From contig CAVSHT010000009.1 of NCBI GenBank assembly GCA_963727895.1, positions 96,001 through 160,000 on the forward strand: a DNA stretch of 64,000 nucleotides, in the 5' to 3' direction. The notes under the pieces are model-generated. The model was not told the DNA's origin, did no database searches, and worked only from the letters and a program-made list of their open reading frames with translations. Source of the stretch: an uncultured Methanosarcinaceae archaeon (GTDB taxonomy: Archaea > Halobacteriota > Methanosarcinia > Methanosarcinales > Methanosarcinaceae). Each line of letters starts with the position of its first letter. Position 1 is the stretch's first letter. The position numbers were made by a program, and so were the translations under genes. This document shows positions 43,359 through 53,825 of this stretch, piece by piece.

Positions 43359-44728
43359 GCTTTGAATTCCTAGACGTTTTTCTGATCCTTATTTCAGGCG
43401 TTCTCCTCGAATCATGGAAAATCTTTGTAGAGGCAGCTCCTTATCTTATTTTCGGCCTGGGAATTGCAGGCATTCTCAATATTCTGGTTCCTGACCAGAA
43501 AATAGTGGATTACCTTGGAGCATCGGCAGGAAAAGTTCGTTCTGTTGTCAATGCATCCCTGGCAGGCCTGCCCCTTGCCACTATGCTCCTGTGGAGTAAT
43601 TCCTGCAGCTATGTCGATAAGAAAAAGGGGAGCAAACCGAGGTGCAACCCTTATCCTTCCTTATTTCGACTCCTGAGACAGGAGTAGACTCAATAGCAGT
43701 GACTTATGCTCTTCTGGACCCTCTTATGGCAGTTTTCCGTCCACTTGCTGCCCTGACGACTGCTATTCTTGCTGGACTTGCAGACAATTTTTTGATAGGA
43801 GAAGACCGAGGAAACGAAGAAAGCAGCAAAAAACAGGAAAATTCTGAGTAAAAAAGCAGGAGTGTTTGCAGCCTCAACTTTGATTGGATCTTCTGTTCAG
43901 GAAGACTCATGCAGTTCTCCTTTCTGTAGTTGCAATAATCTAGTAGATTCAAATAATAGAAAAATCGAATCTGTTGGCACTATGGTTAAAGCTATAGAAT
44001 TAAACCTTCAGGAGTAAAACCTCTTGAAATCAATAATAAACTTGAAGGTGTCCGAAAACTTACCCTAGTGAATCAAAACTTCCAGAAAGATACTACTTCA
44101 TGCGGCTGCAGAAGCTGTGGGTGCGGAGAAACAGAATCCGGAAAAGATGGGAAAACATAAGGATTCTGGAACAACCAGATTGATTAAAGGGATAAAATAT
44201 GCTTATATCGAGTTACTGGCAGAGATTTCTAAATGGATGCTTGTTGGAATCTTGTTTGCAGGAATTATTTCCTACGCAGTCCCCGAAAGCTTGATCCAGA
44301 ATTATCTGGGCGGTGGGTTCAGGTCAATGCTGGTTATGCTTTTAGTTGGAATTCCTCTTTATATCTGCGCTACAGCCTCTACTCCTCTTGCCGCAAGTCT
44401 TGTAGCCAAGGGAATGAGTCCAGGCACAGCTTTTGTTTTCCTCCTTGCAGGCCCGGCAACCAATGCAGCAACTATAACAATGGTTGCTCGTTTTCTTGGA
44501 AAACGTTCGGCAACCCTGTATCTTGCAACGATTTCCATATGTGCTATTGGGGCAGGATTCTTGCTGGACTGGTTATATCTGAAGCTAGGGATTAGTGCAG
44601 TAGCAACTGTGGGAACTGCAAAAGAATTGCTTCCTGAAGATCTGAAGCTGGGACTTGCACTTGTCCTCCTTCCTTTTATGTTATATGGTATTTTTCGCAG
44701 CGAAAAAGAGTGTGGTTGTTCTAACTGA
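43355..44728 (+). pseudogene. Heavy-metal efflux permease (DUF318/ArsP-like), multiply frameshifted
   Basis: EAAPYLIFGL, SFLISTPETGVDS, PLYICATASTP, FLLAGPATN spread over several frames. Confidence 0.82.
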
Positions 44729-44897
44729 AGCTTTCAGCTTTTAAGCCTATTTACTATTTAGTACATTACAGATACAGAAAAAGGACGGCATAGATTTAAA
44801 AAACAAAAGTGATACAAATATTAGAAAAATAGTATCATGCAAGAAAAAACTAAAAACAATTTGTTAAAACTATAATCAAAATAGTTATAGAATTAAG

Positions 44898-44972
44898 CGG
44901 GCTCGAAGGGATTTGAACCCCCGACGTCTGGGTTAGAAGCCCAGCGCTATATCCTGGCTAAGCCACGAGCCC
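44898..44972 (-). tRNA. tRNA-Arg(TCT)
   Basis: Acceptor GGGCTCG/CGAGCCC, anticodon arm CTGGG-CTTCTAA-CCCAG, GGTTCAAATCC. Confidence 0.96.
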
Positions 44973-45325
44973 TGTTTGCTTTTCTTAGTGCGAAGTACGA
45001 AATGAGCGTTCTTACATAAAAGCTTTTTGTTTGAATTTCATAATAGGGACTGAAAAAGTATTAAAATATTTACATAGAATCGGAATTGTAATATATATTT
45101 AGTATATACTCACTTATTTGGCATTTTACTTAAGAATTTGCCAGTATGGAAACTTCCCTGAGGCTTTGAATTTTTAAAACCCCGCGCAAAGCTTACATAC
45201 TGTCAATGAATGAAAAAAAAGTAAATGATCTATCAGGTTTGCATATTAAAACCGTGTTTAATTGAAATTTTCAAGGAAACAGGCAAACCATATTAACTAG
45301 TAAGATTGCAGAGGATTGTTCGCAA

Positions 45326-46204
45326 ATGAGTGAGTTACTGATTTACTTGGATGGGAAGTTTGTTCCCAAATCCGAAGCCAAAGTTTCGGTCTATGACCAT
45401 GGTTTCCTCTATGGCGACGGCGTTTTTGAGGGAATAAGAGCATACAATGGACGTGTCTTTAAGTTAAAGGAACATGTCGATAGGCTTTACGATTCAGCAA
45501 AAGCGATTGCAATGGATATCCCTCTTACAAGAGAAGAGATGAGCGAGGCAATTCTTGAGACCCTCAGAAAAAATAACCTCAAAGATGCATATATCCGTCC
45601 TATTGTTTCAAGGGGAGCTGGAGATCTTGGGCTTGACCCTCGCAGTTGTGAAAAGCCCTGCATGGTTGTCATAGCACAGGGTTGGGGAGCCATGTACGGT
45701 GACCTGTATGAAGTTGGGCTCAAAGCCGTCAGTGTCTGTGTCCGGAGAAATGCACCTGATGCCATATCCCCTAATATCAAGTCCCTGAACTACCTGAACA
45801 ATATCCTGGCAAAGATCGAAGCCAACGAAAAAGGAGGAGATGAAGCTATCTTCCTGGATCATAATGGTTTTGTCTGTGAGGGTTCTGGAGATAATATCTT
45901 CATAGTCAAAAATAACAAGGTTTTTACTCCCTTTACGATCAACAACTTAAAAGGGATTACCAGAGCTACAGCCATCGAACTTCTGGATGAGATGGAATAC
46001 AAAGTTATCGAAACAAATCTTGGTCTATTTGACCTTTACACAGCCGATGAAGTTTTTGTCACAGGTACGGCAGCTGAATCTGCCCCAATCACCAAACTTG
46101 ACGGAAGGATCATAGGCACTGGAAAGCCCGGACCCATGACAATGAAGATGGTTGAAGCCTTTGACAAAATAACCCAGAGTACAGGCACACCCATTTATAA
46201 ATGA
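45326..46204 (+). CDS. ilvE: Branched-chain amino acid aminotransferase
   Basis: [38 protein letters not shown]. Confidence 0.95.
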   Translation: MSELLIYLDGKFVPKSEAKVSVYDHGFLYGDGVFEGIRAYNGRVFKLKEHVDRLYDSAKAIAMDIPLTREEMSEAILETLRKNNLKDAYIRPIVSRGAGDLGLDPRSCEKPCMVVIAQGWGAMYGDLYEVGLKAVSVCVRRNAPDAISPNIKSLNYLNNILAKIEANEKGGDEAIFLDHNGFVCEGSGDNIFIVKNNKVFTPFTINNLKGITRATAIELLDEMEYKVIETNLGLFDLYTADEVFVTGTAAESAPITKLDGRIIGTGKPGPMTMKMVEAFDKITQSTGTPIYK

Positions 46205-46588
46205 AAGGACAGCCTTGAAAAATGAAAAAACAAAAAAGGCAATAATCAAGCGGGAATTTTCCCGCCATTATTCTTTTTTAGTCGGTGTTCTAAGAAAATA
46301 ATTTCTTTTAATGTATTTATTAAATTTCTTTGTGAACACCTTTTAGAGCCTTGTTTTAAATATATTCTTTAATTTTTATTTGAGTCTCTGTTAACAAATT
46401 TATTTCATGCAGTCTAAGGAATTATATTCCCAGGCTTGTCTTTATATAATGGTTCCTCGAGAAAAGAGGCTGCTTTACTAGTTTCTGTCAGCCTAACTCT
46501 TTAAGGAAAAAATAAGTATAAAAACAGGTCAGGTAATGCTACTAAACTAAAAAACCATCTGAAAGTGGTAGGTAAGGATTTGATTTTT

Positions 46589-48517
46589 ATGAAACGTAAA
46601 GAGTTTCGGAAACTTATTTCCGCAGATAAAGCACGGGAAATAATAAATAGTTTGGAGGTTCTTCCCCGGCAGGAGGACTCCTCTCTTGAAAACGCATTCG
46701 GTAAAATCCTTGCAGAAGATATAATTACCGAAATTAATGTACCTCCTTTCCCAAGAGCAGTAATGGATGGTTATGCAGTTAGGGCAGAATACACATATGC
46801 CTGCAGTGAAACTAAACCTGTAAAACTCAAGATTTTGGGAAACATCCAGGCAGGTTCGGATGAAAAATTCACGGTTTCAGCCGGAGAAGCTGTGGAAATA
46901 GCTACAGGAGCACCGATTCCAGAAGGAACAAACGCTGTGGTCATGGTTGAATACACTTCTGAAGAAGATGGAACAGTGTTGATACACAGCCCTGTAGCTT
47001 TGGGAGAAAACATTATGAAAGCTGGCTCAGACGTCCGGAAAGGAGAACGAGTACTTAGGAAAGGGCGGAAACTTGGGACCCGAGAAATTGGAGTGCTGGC
47101 ATCTGTCGGAAAAAAGAATATACCTATCCTTAAATTAAAGGTTGGGATCATCTCAACAGGAGACGAGCTTGTGCGCCCCGGAGAGAAACTTACTTTCGGA
47201 AAGATATATGATGCAAACTCCTACACATTGTATGCCGGTCTGCAAGAGTGTGGAGCTTTCCCATTGCTTTATGGAATAGTAGAAGATAAAGAAGTAGTAA
47301 TAAGAAAGGCACTTGAAACTGCAATTTCGGAATGTTCACTGATTCTAACTTCTGGAAGCACGTCCTCCGGGGCAGGGGACGTAATGTACAGGCTCATAGA
47401 TGAAATTGGAGAAACCCTTGCACACGGTGTGAATATAAAACCTGGAAAACCTGTGGTTATTGGAATAATAAAAGCCGTCCCAATAATAGGGCTGCCAGGA
47501 AATCCTACTTCCGCATTAATGATTTTTAATAAATTCATAGTCCCTCTGCTCAAAAAAACTCTTGGAAATAAAGAAGAGTATATGAAAGTGGAAAAAGGAA
47601 TTATGGGCATTAATTTTTTATCAGAAGGACGACAACAGCTTCTACCGGTAGGACTGATCCGTGGGAAAGTCTATCCCGCAGATAAAGGTTCAGGTGCGAT
47701 AACATCCCTTTCCGGGGCAGATGGTTTTATCGATATACCTTCAAACACCGAGTTTCTCGAGGCAGGAACACCCGTAGAAGTAACTCTTTTTGGAGAAATT
47801 GAAAAACCTGACATCCTAATAGCAGGTGGTTTCTGCCCTGAAATTGATCTGCTTGGAGATCTTAGTGGACTTCGTTTCAGGACTATTTACACAAGTTCAA
47901 GCGGAGGATTCAGTGCAATTGCCTCAAATACGGCTGACATTGCAGGCGTAAACATGCCATCACAAGACTCTAGGGAACAGGCAGAAATAATGTATAATAC
48001 CCCTACAATAGAGAATATGGAACTTTCAGGCGTTGTTCTTGTCAAAGGGTACAAACGAGAAGTAGGCTTTACTTTTAGGCAGAACAGTCCTATTTCCGGA
48101 CTCTCTGACCTTCCAGGAAAACAGCTCATTAACCGAAATAGAGGATCAGGTATAAGAGCTATTTTGGATCTTAAAATTGCGGATTTTGCGGCTCATAAGG
48201 GAATTAGTAAAAAAGAATTTACGGATTCAATTCCTGGATACTCATCCGGTGTAAAATCTGAGAGAGCTATCTGTGAGGCTGTTGTTTCAGGAAAGGCTGA
48301 TATCGGTGTGGGAATAAGAAATTGTACCGAAAAGAATGGTCTCCAATTTATAGAATTTACAGAAGAAGAGTATGATTTCCTTATAAAGAAGGAAATACTG
48401 GATACCCCTGAGGTTCATAAGTTTCTGGAAGTACTTAATTCCAGAGAATTTGCTTCAAAGCTTCCGAAAGGGATGCATGTTTATGAGAGAACAGGAGAAA
48501 TAATTTATTTTGAATAA
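46589..48517 (+). CDS. moeA: Molybdopterin biosynthesis MoeA fused to a substrate-binding (PBP) domain
   Basis: VPPFPRAVMDGYAV, IATGA, STGDEL, IKPGKP, GLPGNP; C-terminal INRNRGSG. Confidence 0.9.
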   Translation: MKRKEFRKLISADKAREIINSLEVLPRQEDSSLENAFGKILAEDIITEINVPPFPRAVMDGYAVRAEYTYACSETKPVKLKILGNIQAGSDEKFTVSAGEAVEIATGAPIPEGTNAVVMVEYTSEEDGTVLIHSPVALGENIMKAGSDVRKGERVLRKGRKLGTREIGVLASVGKKNIPILKLKVGIISTGDELVRPGEKLTFGKIYDANSYTLYAGLQECGAFPLLYGIVEDKEVVIRKALETAISECSLILTSGSTSSGAGDVMYRLIDEIGETLAHGVNIKPGKPVVIGIIKAVPIIGLPGNPTSALMIFNKFIVPLLKKTLGNKEEYMKVEKGIMGINFLSEGRQQLLPVGLIRGKVYPADKGSGAITSLSGADGFIDIPSNTEFLEAGTPVEVTLFGEIEKPDILIAGGFCPEIDLLGDLSGLRFRTIYTSSSGGFSAIASNTADIAGVNMPSQDSREQAEIMYNTPTIENMELSGVVLVKGYKREVGFTFRQNSPISGLSDLPGKQLINRNRGSGIRAILDLKIADFAAHKGISKKEFTDSIPGYSSGVKSERAICEAVVSGKADIGVGIRNCTEKNGLQFIEFTEEEYDFLIKKEILDTPEVHKFLEVLNSREFASKLPKGMHVYERTGEIIYFE

Positions 48518-48878
48518 AAAACAGTTCTTTTGAATCAGAGAGACAACTTCTTTGATTAAAGAAATAGTTTCTTTGAAAAAAGATTCCCTTTGAATAAAGT
48601 TATGGTTAAGAAATTTTCACCTGGGACTTCATTCAATAAACTTTAAATATTATTATACTTATTAAGAAATATAAATAATTATGAGTCACATCATTATAAG
48701 GATCAGTAAATGAAACCATTCCATAGTTATATATATTGTATTAACTATTCAAGAATAAAATATCCATATACGGATCTTTTTTGGATCAAAAAGGTTTGTA
48801 AAGAGACTGTTTGGATGCAGTTTCTTTTTCAGGTAATATGAAAATCATTTCTTCAGTTCCGAAGTTGGCAGGTTCCAG

Positions 48879-49973
48879 ATGAGCAGTATACAGGAGCAAA
48901 TACAAGAAATCGAAGACGAAATTCGAAAGACCCAGTACAATAAAGCAACTTCCCATCATATAGGCAGGCTAAAAGCCAAAATCGCCCGCTTGCGAGATGA
49001 AGTGGAGAAAAAAGCCTCGGCAAGAGGAGGGGGAGAAGGGTACTCGGTCCGAAAATCAGGAGATGGAACTGTAACTCTTGTAGGTTTTCCATCAGTAGGG
49101 AAATCTACGCTTCTGAACAAAATAACGGGTGCCAAGTCAGCAGTGGGAGCATATGAGTTTACTACCCTTACAGTTGTTCCAGGAGTTCTTGAACACAAAG
49201 GAGCAACAATTCAGTTTCTGGATGTCCCAGGACTTGTAAAAGGAGCTTCTTCAGGACGTGGACGTGGAAGGGAAGTTATATCGGTTATCAGAAACTCAGA
49301 TATGGTTATATTTTTACTTGATGTCTTCCAACCTAAACACTACGAAGTACTTATGGACGAGCTTTCTCAGGCGGGAATTCGAATAGACCAGGAACCTCCT
49401 GATGTAGTAATCAAGAAAAAAGATCGGGGTGGAATAGAGATTAACTCAACCATTGACCTTGATCTGGAAGATGAAACTATCAAAGCTGTACTGGATGAGT
49501 ACAAGATCCACAATGCAAGTGTACTTATAAGAGAAAACATAACGGTTGACCAACTTATTGACGTTGTCCTGGAAAACCGTAGTTATGTCAGGTCTCTTAT
49601 AGCTGTTAATAAGGTTGACCTAGCCTATCCCCAGTTGATTGAAGAATGCAGAGAAATATACCCTAACTCGATCTTTATTTCAGCCCATAAAGGCACTAAT
49701 ATCGAGACTCTCAAAGACGCTATTTATGACAGGCTGGGTTTCATTCGAGTCTATTTAAAACCACAAGGCCAGCCCGCAGACATGGAAGAGCCTTTGATAG
49801 TTATGAGTGGAACCAATATAGGCCAGATTTGTGACCGCCTTCACAGGGATTTTCGCAGGAAATTCCGCTATGCTCAGATATGGGGCACATCCGCAAAACA
49901 TCCAGGGCAGAGAGTAGGAATAGACCACAGAATGCAGGACCAGGATATTCTTACAATTATCATTCAGAAGTAA
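48879..49973 (+). CDS. DRG/OBG-family GTPase with TGS domain
   Basis: TQYNKAT, GFPSVGKS, YEFTT, DVPG, NKVD; C-terminal TGS. Confidence 0.93.
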   Translation: MSSIQEQIQEIEDEIRKTQYNKATSHHIGRLKAKIARLRDEVEKKASARGGGEGYSVRKSGDGTVTLVGFPSVGKSTLLNKITGAKSAVGAYEFTTLTVVPGVLEHKGATIQFLDVPGLVKGASSGRGRGREVISVIRNSDMVIFLLDVFQPKHYEVLMDELSQAGIRIDQEPPDVVIKKKDRGGIEINSTIDLDLEDETIKAVLDEYKIHNASVLIRENITVDQLIDVVLENRSYVRSLIAVNKVDLAYPQLIEECREIYPNSIFISAHKGTNIETLKDAIYDRLGFIRVYLKPQGQPADMEEPLIVMSGTNIGQICDRLHRDFRRKFRYAQIWGTSAKHPGQRVGIDHRMQDQDILTIIIQK

Positions 49974-50043
49974 TAGAAAAGTGATAGAAAACTAGAGACG
50001 CGAAAAAGAAAAACAAGTACTTTCGCATCTCTCTTTTTTGAAG

Positions 50044-52155
50044 TTATGTAGTTTCAAATGCCTGTATTGTATCTGAATCATTTGAAAAAGTATTTTGTTT
50101 CCGGTTATTTTCAGAATTCATACAGCTATTTGCTTCAATTTCCTCCTCAAATTCAGCAGCACATTCAGCCGGACTTTTTCTGGAAATGATCTCAGGTATT
50201 TTTCTGAAAAGCTCAACTTTTCCATTATTTCCGAGACCATACCTCTCCTTTGCAGCTTCAATAATGGCTGCAAGCATTCCAGAGTAGGAAATATTGGCAT
50301 AAGCTGCCATCTTTGCAAGGTGACCATCCCAACACCATCCAGGATTAGGATTTACTTCTAAAAGCTTGGGTTTGCCTTCGGCATCAAGCCTCCAGTCAAA
50401 GCGAGCATAATCTTTGCATCCCAATCTTGTGAAAAGAGTAAGACAGCATTTTACGATCTCTTTTCTGGTTTTTTCTGAAATCTCGGCAGGCACAGATCTG
50501 ATGTTCCAGTATGGAGAATCTGGAAGCCATTTAGCTTCATATCCGCAGATCTTTGGAAGTTCATCTGGCACTTCAGAATAATCTTCTTCCGTAATAGGCA
50601 GTACAGTACATGAAGGAGGATTTCCAATAATTCCAACACTGATATCTTTTCCTGGAAGGAATTCTTCAAGTAAGAAAGACTTATCAGACCCTATTTTGTC
50701 TCGAGTTGCCGCAAGAATTTCAAGAAGCCCCTCGTGATTGTGGGCAATGCTATTTTGTGTAATCCCAAAACTGGAATCTCCTGAATTTGGCTTTACAAGC
50801 AGAGGAAAAGAGAGAGAAATTTTGGGAAGATCTGATTCTTCAGTTACAAGCATTCCCTTTGCTACAGGAATACGCATCTCTCTGGCAACACCCCTTATTA
50901 TGGATTTATCATAACAGAAGGCAAGGCATTGAGGACCTGCACCTGTATAAGGAATATTAAGCTGCTCAAGTAAAGCAGGCATATGCAGCTCTTTTGTAGG
51001 ATCGTTATAAAATCCTTCATCACAAAGATTGAGTACAAGATCAATTTTTGCTGATTTTTTCTTCAGGTCTTCCAGCAAAGTTTCATGCCTGTCAAGGAAA
51101 GTAAATCTCATGAAGGGGATCTCTTCAAGTGCTTTTTTCATTCTTTCAAGTGTATCGAAATCGTCATCATCAAACACACAGGCAGGTTTGACCTGATCTT
51201 CTTTTCTTGGATCTCCTAGTATAACTATGATATTCATTGACTTTTTATTATCGGCTGACTGAAGAGAAGAAGACCACGGTTTTACAGCAGAAGCGGAGAC
51301 AATTATTCTCTGTTCCATCATGCCTGCGTCCTGAGTGCCTGCGGATACCGGACTAAAAGTAGAATGAAAAGCAGGACTGCTAAAACCTGATGCGGTAAGT
51401 AGCTCAAAAAGGCTTTCTTTATTGTATAATCTTTCAGCGTAAAACTGGTCTGCAATTACTCCCCTGTCTATACGATTTATCACTTCCCTGCAAATTAACC
51501 GCTCTCCATCGGCTGAAAGAGCCCTTTCCCTGCAGACAAAGTACTTCCCGTCCAGCCATTCCCATGATCTGGGCTGAAAACTCTTTTTCATATGGTCTCC
51601 GTCTACGGCATCAATGAAAACTCTACCTTCTGGTTTCAAAACTCTAAATATTTCTTCAAGAATTTTTATGTCCTGGAGAGTAGAATCAAAGTATCCAAAA
51701 CTGTTGCCCATTATAGTAACAATGTCAAAAGTATCAGATGGGTAAGGGAGTTTTCTTGCATCCCCTTCTCTGAACCTGACCTGCAGGTTTTCTTTCTGTG
51801 CTCTGGTTCTGGCTTTCCTTATCAGGTACTGAGACCTATCATACCCTTCTACATTTAAAACCCCCCTCCTTGCAAGTTCAAGTACATGCCTTCCCTGACC
51901 ACAACAAAGGTCAAGGATTTTGTCTTCAGGCGAGACCCCCATAATGGAAACAATAAGATCGACCTCTTTCTTAGTAACCTCCATATCATCCAGAAGATCG
52001 GCATCGGTCTTGAGATAAAGTGAGTTAAAAAGAGTTTGCCACCAATTGGACTGGACATGAGTTTCAAGATCCTCAACAGGTCCAAAGGTTTTGATCTGTA
52101 CAGTACTCTTAGCGCGTTTGCGCCTGGTATTTGTAACTGCATTATTCTGGGTCAT
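50044..52155 (-). CDS. Class I SAM methyltransferase fused to a D-Ala-D-Ala-ligase-like ATP-grasp domain
   Basis: ILDLCCGQGRH, GNSFGYF; then IPYTG, VKPN..DSS.GI, EEFLPG, YARFDWR, LEVNPNPG. Confidence 0.85.
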   Translation of the reverse strand: MTQNNAVTNTRRKRAKSTVQIKTFGPVEDLETHVQSNWWQTLFNSLYLKTDADLLDDMEVTKKEVDLIVSIMGVSPEDKILDLCCGQGRHVLELARRGVLNVEGYDRSQYLIRKARTRAQKENLQVRFREGDARKLPYPSDTFDIVTIMGNSFGYFDSTLQDIKILEEIFRVLKPEGRVFIDAVDGDHMKKSFQPRSWEWLDGKYFVCRERALSADGERLICREVINRIDRGVIADQFYAERLYNKESLFELLTASGFSSPAFHSTFSPVSAGTQDAGMMEQRIIVSASAVKPWSSSLQSADNKKSMNIIVILGDPRKEDQVKPACVFDDDDFDTLERMKKALEEIPFMRFTFLDRHETLLEDLKKKSAKIDLVLNLCDEGFYNDPTKELHMPALLEQLNIPYTGAGPQCLAFCYDKSIIRGVAREMRIPVAKGMLVTEESDLPKISLSFPLLVKPNSGDSSFGITQNSIAHNHEGLLEILAATRDKIGSDKSFLLEEFLPGKDISVGIIGNPPSCTVLPITEEDYSEVPDELPKICGYEAKWLPDSPYWNIRSVPAEISEKTRKEIVKCCLTLFTRLGCKDYARFDWRLDAEGKPKLLEVNPNPGWCWDGHLAKMAAYANISYSGMLAAIIEAAKERYGLGNNGKVELFRKIPEIISRKSPAECAAEFEEEIEANSCMNSENNRKQNTFSNDSDTIQAFETT

Positions 52156-52347
52156 GATCTGATATCTTCCAGAAAAAAGAGTATGTGGTTTGAATATATC
52201 AAGTTTATTAGACAGTTGAATGTATTTATATTTTATTCATCCGAAAATAAGCAAAATAATTGAGGGTTAAAATTACATTTATATCGAATTTAAAACATCA
52301 TTATTTCTTTAAAAATTCATAATAATATTATTTGTCCCTTTTACAGA

Positions 52348-53619
52348 TTAGAGGAATATATAGTAAATAATCGCATCTAAAATCGTTATTAAGAGTCCAA
52401 TTCTTGAAAATTCGGAAAAAGAAAGAGTTTTTCCTTCTTTTTCTGCATTTTGAATGATTATTACATTGCTTGCAGCTCCGAGGATTAGAAGGTTTCCTGC
52501 AATTGTACTTCCTGCCGCAAGCGCCATTAGTTGCCCTTGAGATACTGTATTGCCCATGACAGGCAGATAAAGTGCAACGAAGGGGACATTAGATATAAAC
52601 TGGCTAAGTCCAATGCTGAGAGCAAGTATCATTGATATAGAGCTTAAATGGGGAGATAACCTAGAAAGCAGTTCCTGACATGTTCCGGAGATCCACACGC
52701 TTTTCATTAGAACGAACATTGAAATGAAAAAAATTAGAGTTGTCCAGTCAATATTTTTTAAAATCTCTACGCGTTTTCTACTGAGCAGGACAGGTAACGC
52801 AGAGATAAGAGCAATCCAGCTCAAATCAAAATCCCAGGCAGGAAAAAATTCTACAAGGAATATTTTACAGGCTATAAGAATTAGTAAAAGTAAAAGAGCA
52901 ATTTTGGAAGTATTGGCAAGTTCTTGATCTGTTATGACTTCTTCTGAATAAATTAGGGTTGATTTTCCAAACTCTTCCCTAAAAAATATTTTTAGCACCA
53001 CATAAGCAATTAAAAGACATATAAGGGTTGGAAGAGCTAATGAACGCAAAAATGTTAAAAATGGAGAATCTAGATTACCATCAATTGCTATGAGAAGGTT
53101 TTGAGGGTTTCCAATAGGGCTCATAACGCTTCCTGTAGTTACCCCGAATGCAAGGGAAAAAAGCATGAGTTTGGCAGATACGTTATACTTTTTTGAAAAT
53201 CCCAGAACAAGTGGAGTGCCCATGATAGCCAGTGTATCATTCATAAGAATGGATGAAAGTATTCCTGTAGAAAAGATCACAAACAAAACAAGTTGATCTA
53301 TATTCTTCGCCCTGGAAACTATCCTGTTCCCAAGACAAGCAAGATAGCCGCTCCTGTTAAGTGCTTCTCCAATGCAAAAAGCCCCAAAAAGGAAGAGAAG
53401 AACATTCGTATTAATTGCGTCAAGAGCTTCTTTAGGCGAAATCACTCTGAGCAATAGTACAAGTATTGCTCCAAAAGTCATAATCTGCCATATTTTGAAT
53501 TTTAAAGATCCAACCTGTCTGAGAGCAGTGAGTACAAAAACACCCAGAAGAATAAGCACTGGAAGATCAGGTAAAGATACAGGAGAAGACAGTATCATCT
53601 CTGTTACCATAGAATCCAC
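52348..53619 (-). CDS. ArsB/NhaD (SLC13-like) anion permease
   Basis: Multiple TMs; MNDT, SPIGNPQN, ISNVP, GSTIAGNL..LGAASN. Confidence 0.88.
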   Translation of the reverse strand: MDSMVTEMILSSPVSLPDLPVLILLGVFVLTALRQVGSLKFKIWQIMTFGAILVLLLRVISPKEALDAINTNVLLFLFGAFCIGEALNRSGYLACLGNRIVSRAKNIDQLVLFVIFSTGILSSILMNDTLAIMGTPLVLGFSKKYNVSAKLMLFSLAFGVTTGSVMSPIGNPQNLLIAIDGNLDSPFLTFLRSLALPTLICLLIAYVVLKIFFREEFGKSTLIYSEEVITDQELANTSKIALLLLLILIACKIFLVEFFPAWDFDLSWIALISALPVLLSRKRVEILKNIDWTTLIFFISMFVLMKSVWISGTCQELLSRLSPHLSSISMILALSIGLSQFISNVPFVALYLPVMGNTVSQGQLMALAAGSTIAGNLLILGAASNVIIIQNAEKEGKTLSFSEFSRIGLLITILDAIIYYIFL

Positions 53620-53825
53620 TAACTTGAAAATATATATTTGGAATGTGATGCCAATTTAAGTATAAAATTCCTGCGCTCATAGAAAGGTTGTTCACAAAAG
53701 AATCGTTTAGGGAACTTGGAGATCGGAAACCCTGACAGTGTTTATTCTCATTAAAAAAAATAAACTAGTTATATACTAGTGTTAGATTGTTATTTATGGA
53801 ATAAAATCAAATGGTGTGGAAAGTT

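Noticed and set aside
39086..44972. Two similar tRNA-Arg genes as attL/attR of an integrated element
   Set aside because: Both are complete with different anticodons; no integrase; intervening genes look chromosomal
48509..48600. Degenerate ~20-bp TTTGA-containing repeats after moeA
   Set aside because: Too degenerate and AT-rich; likely slippage
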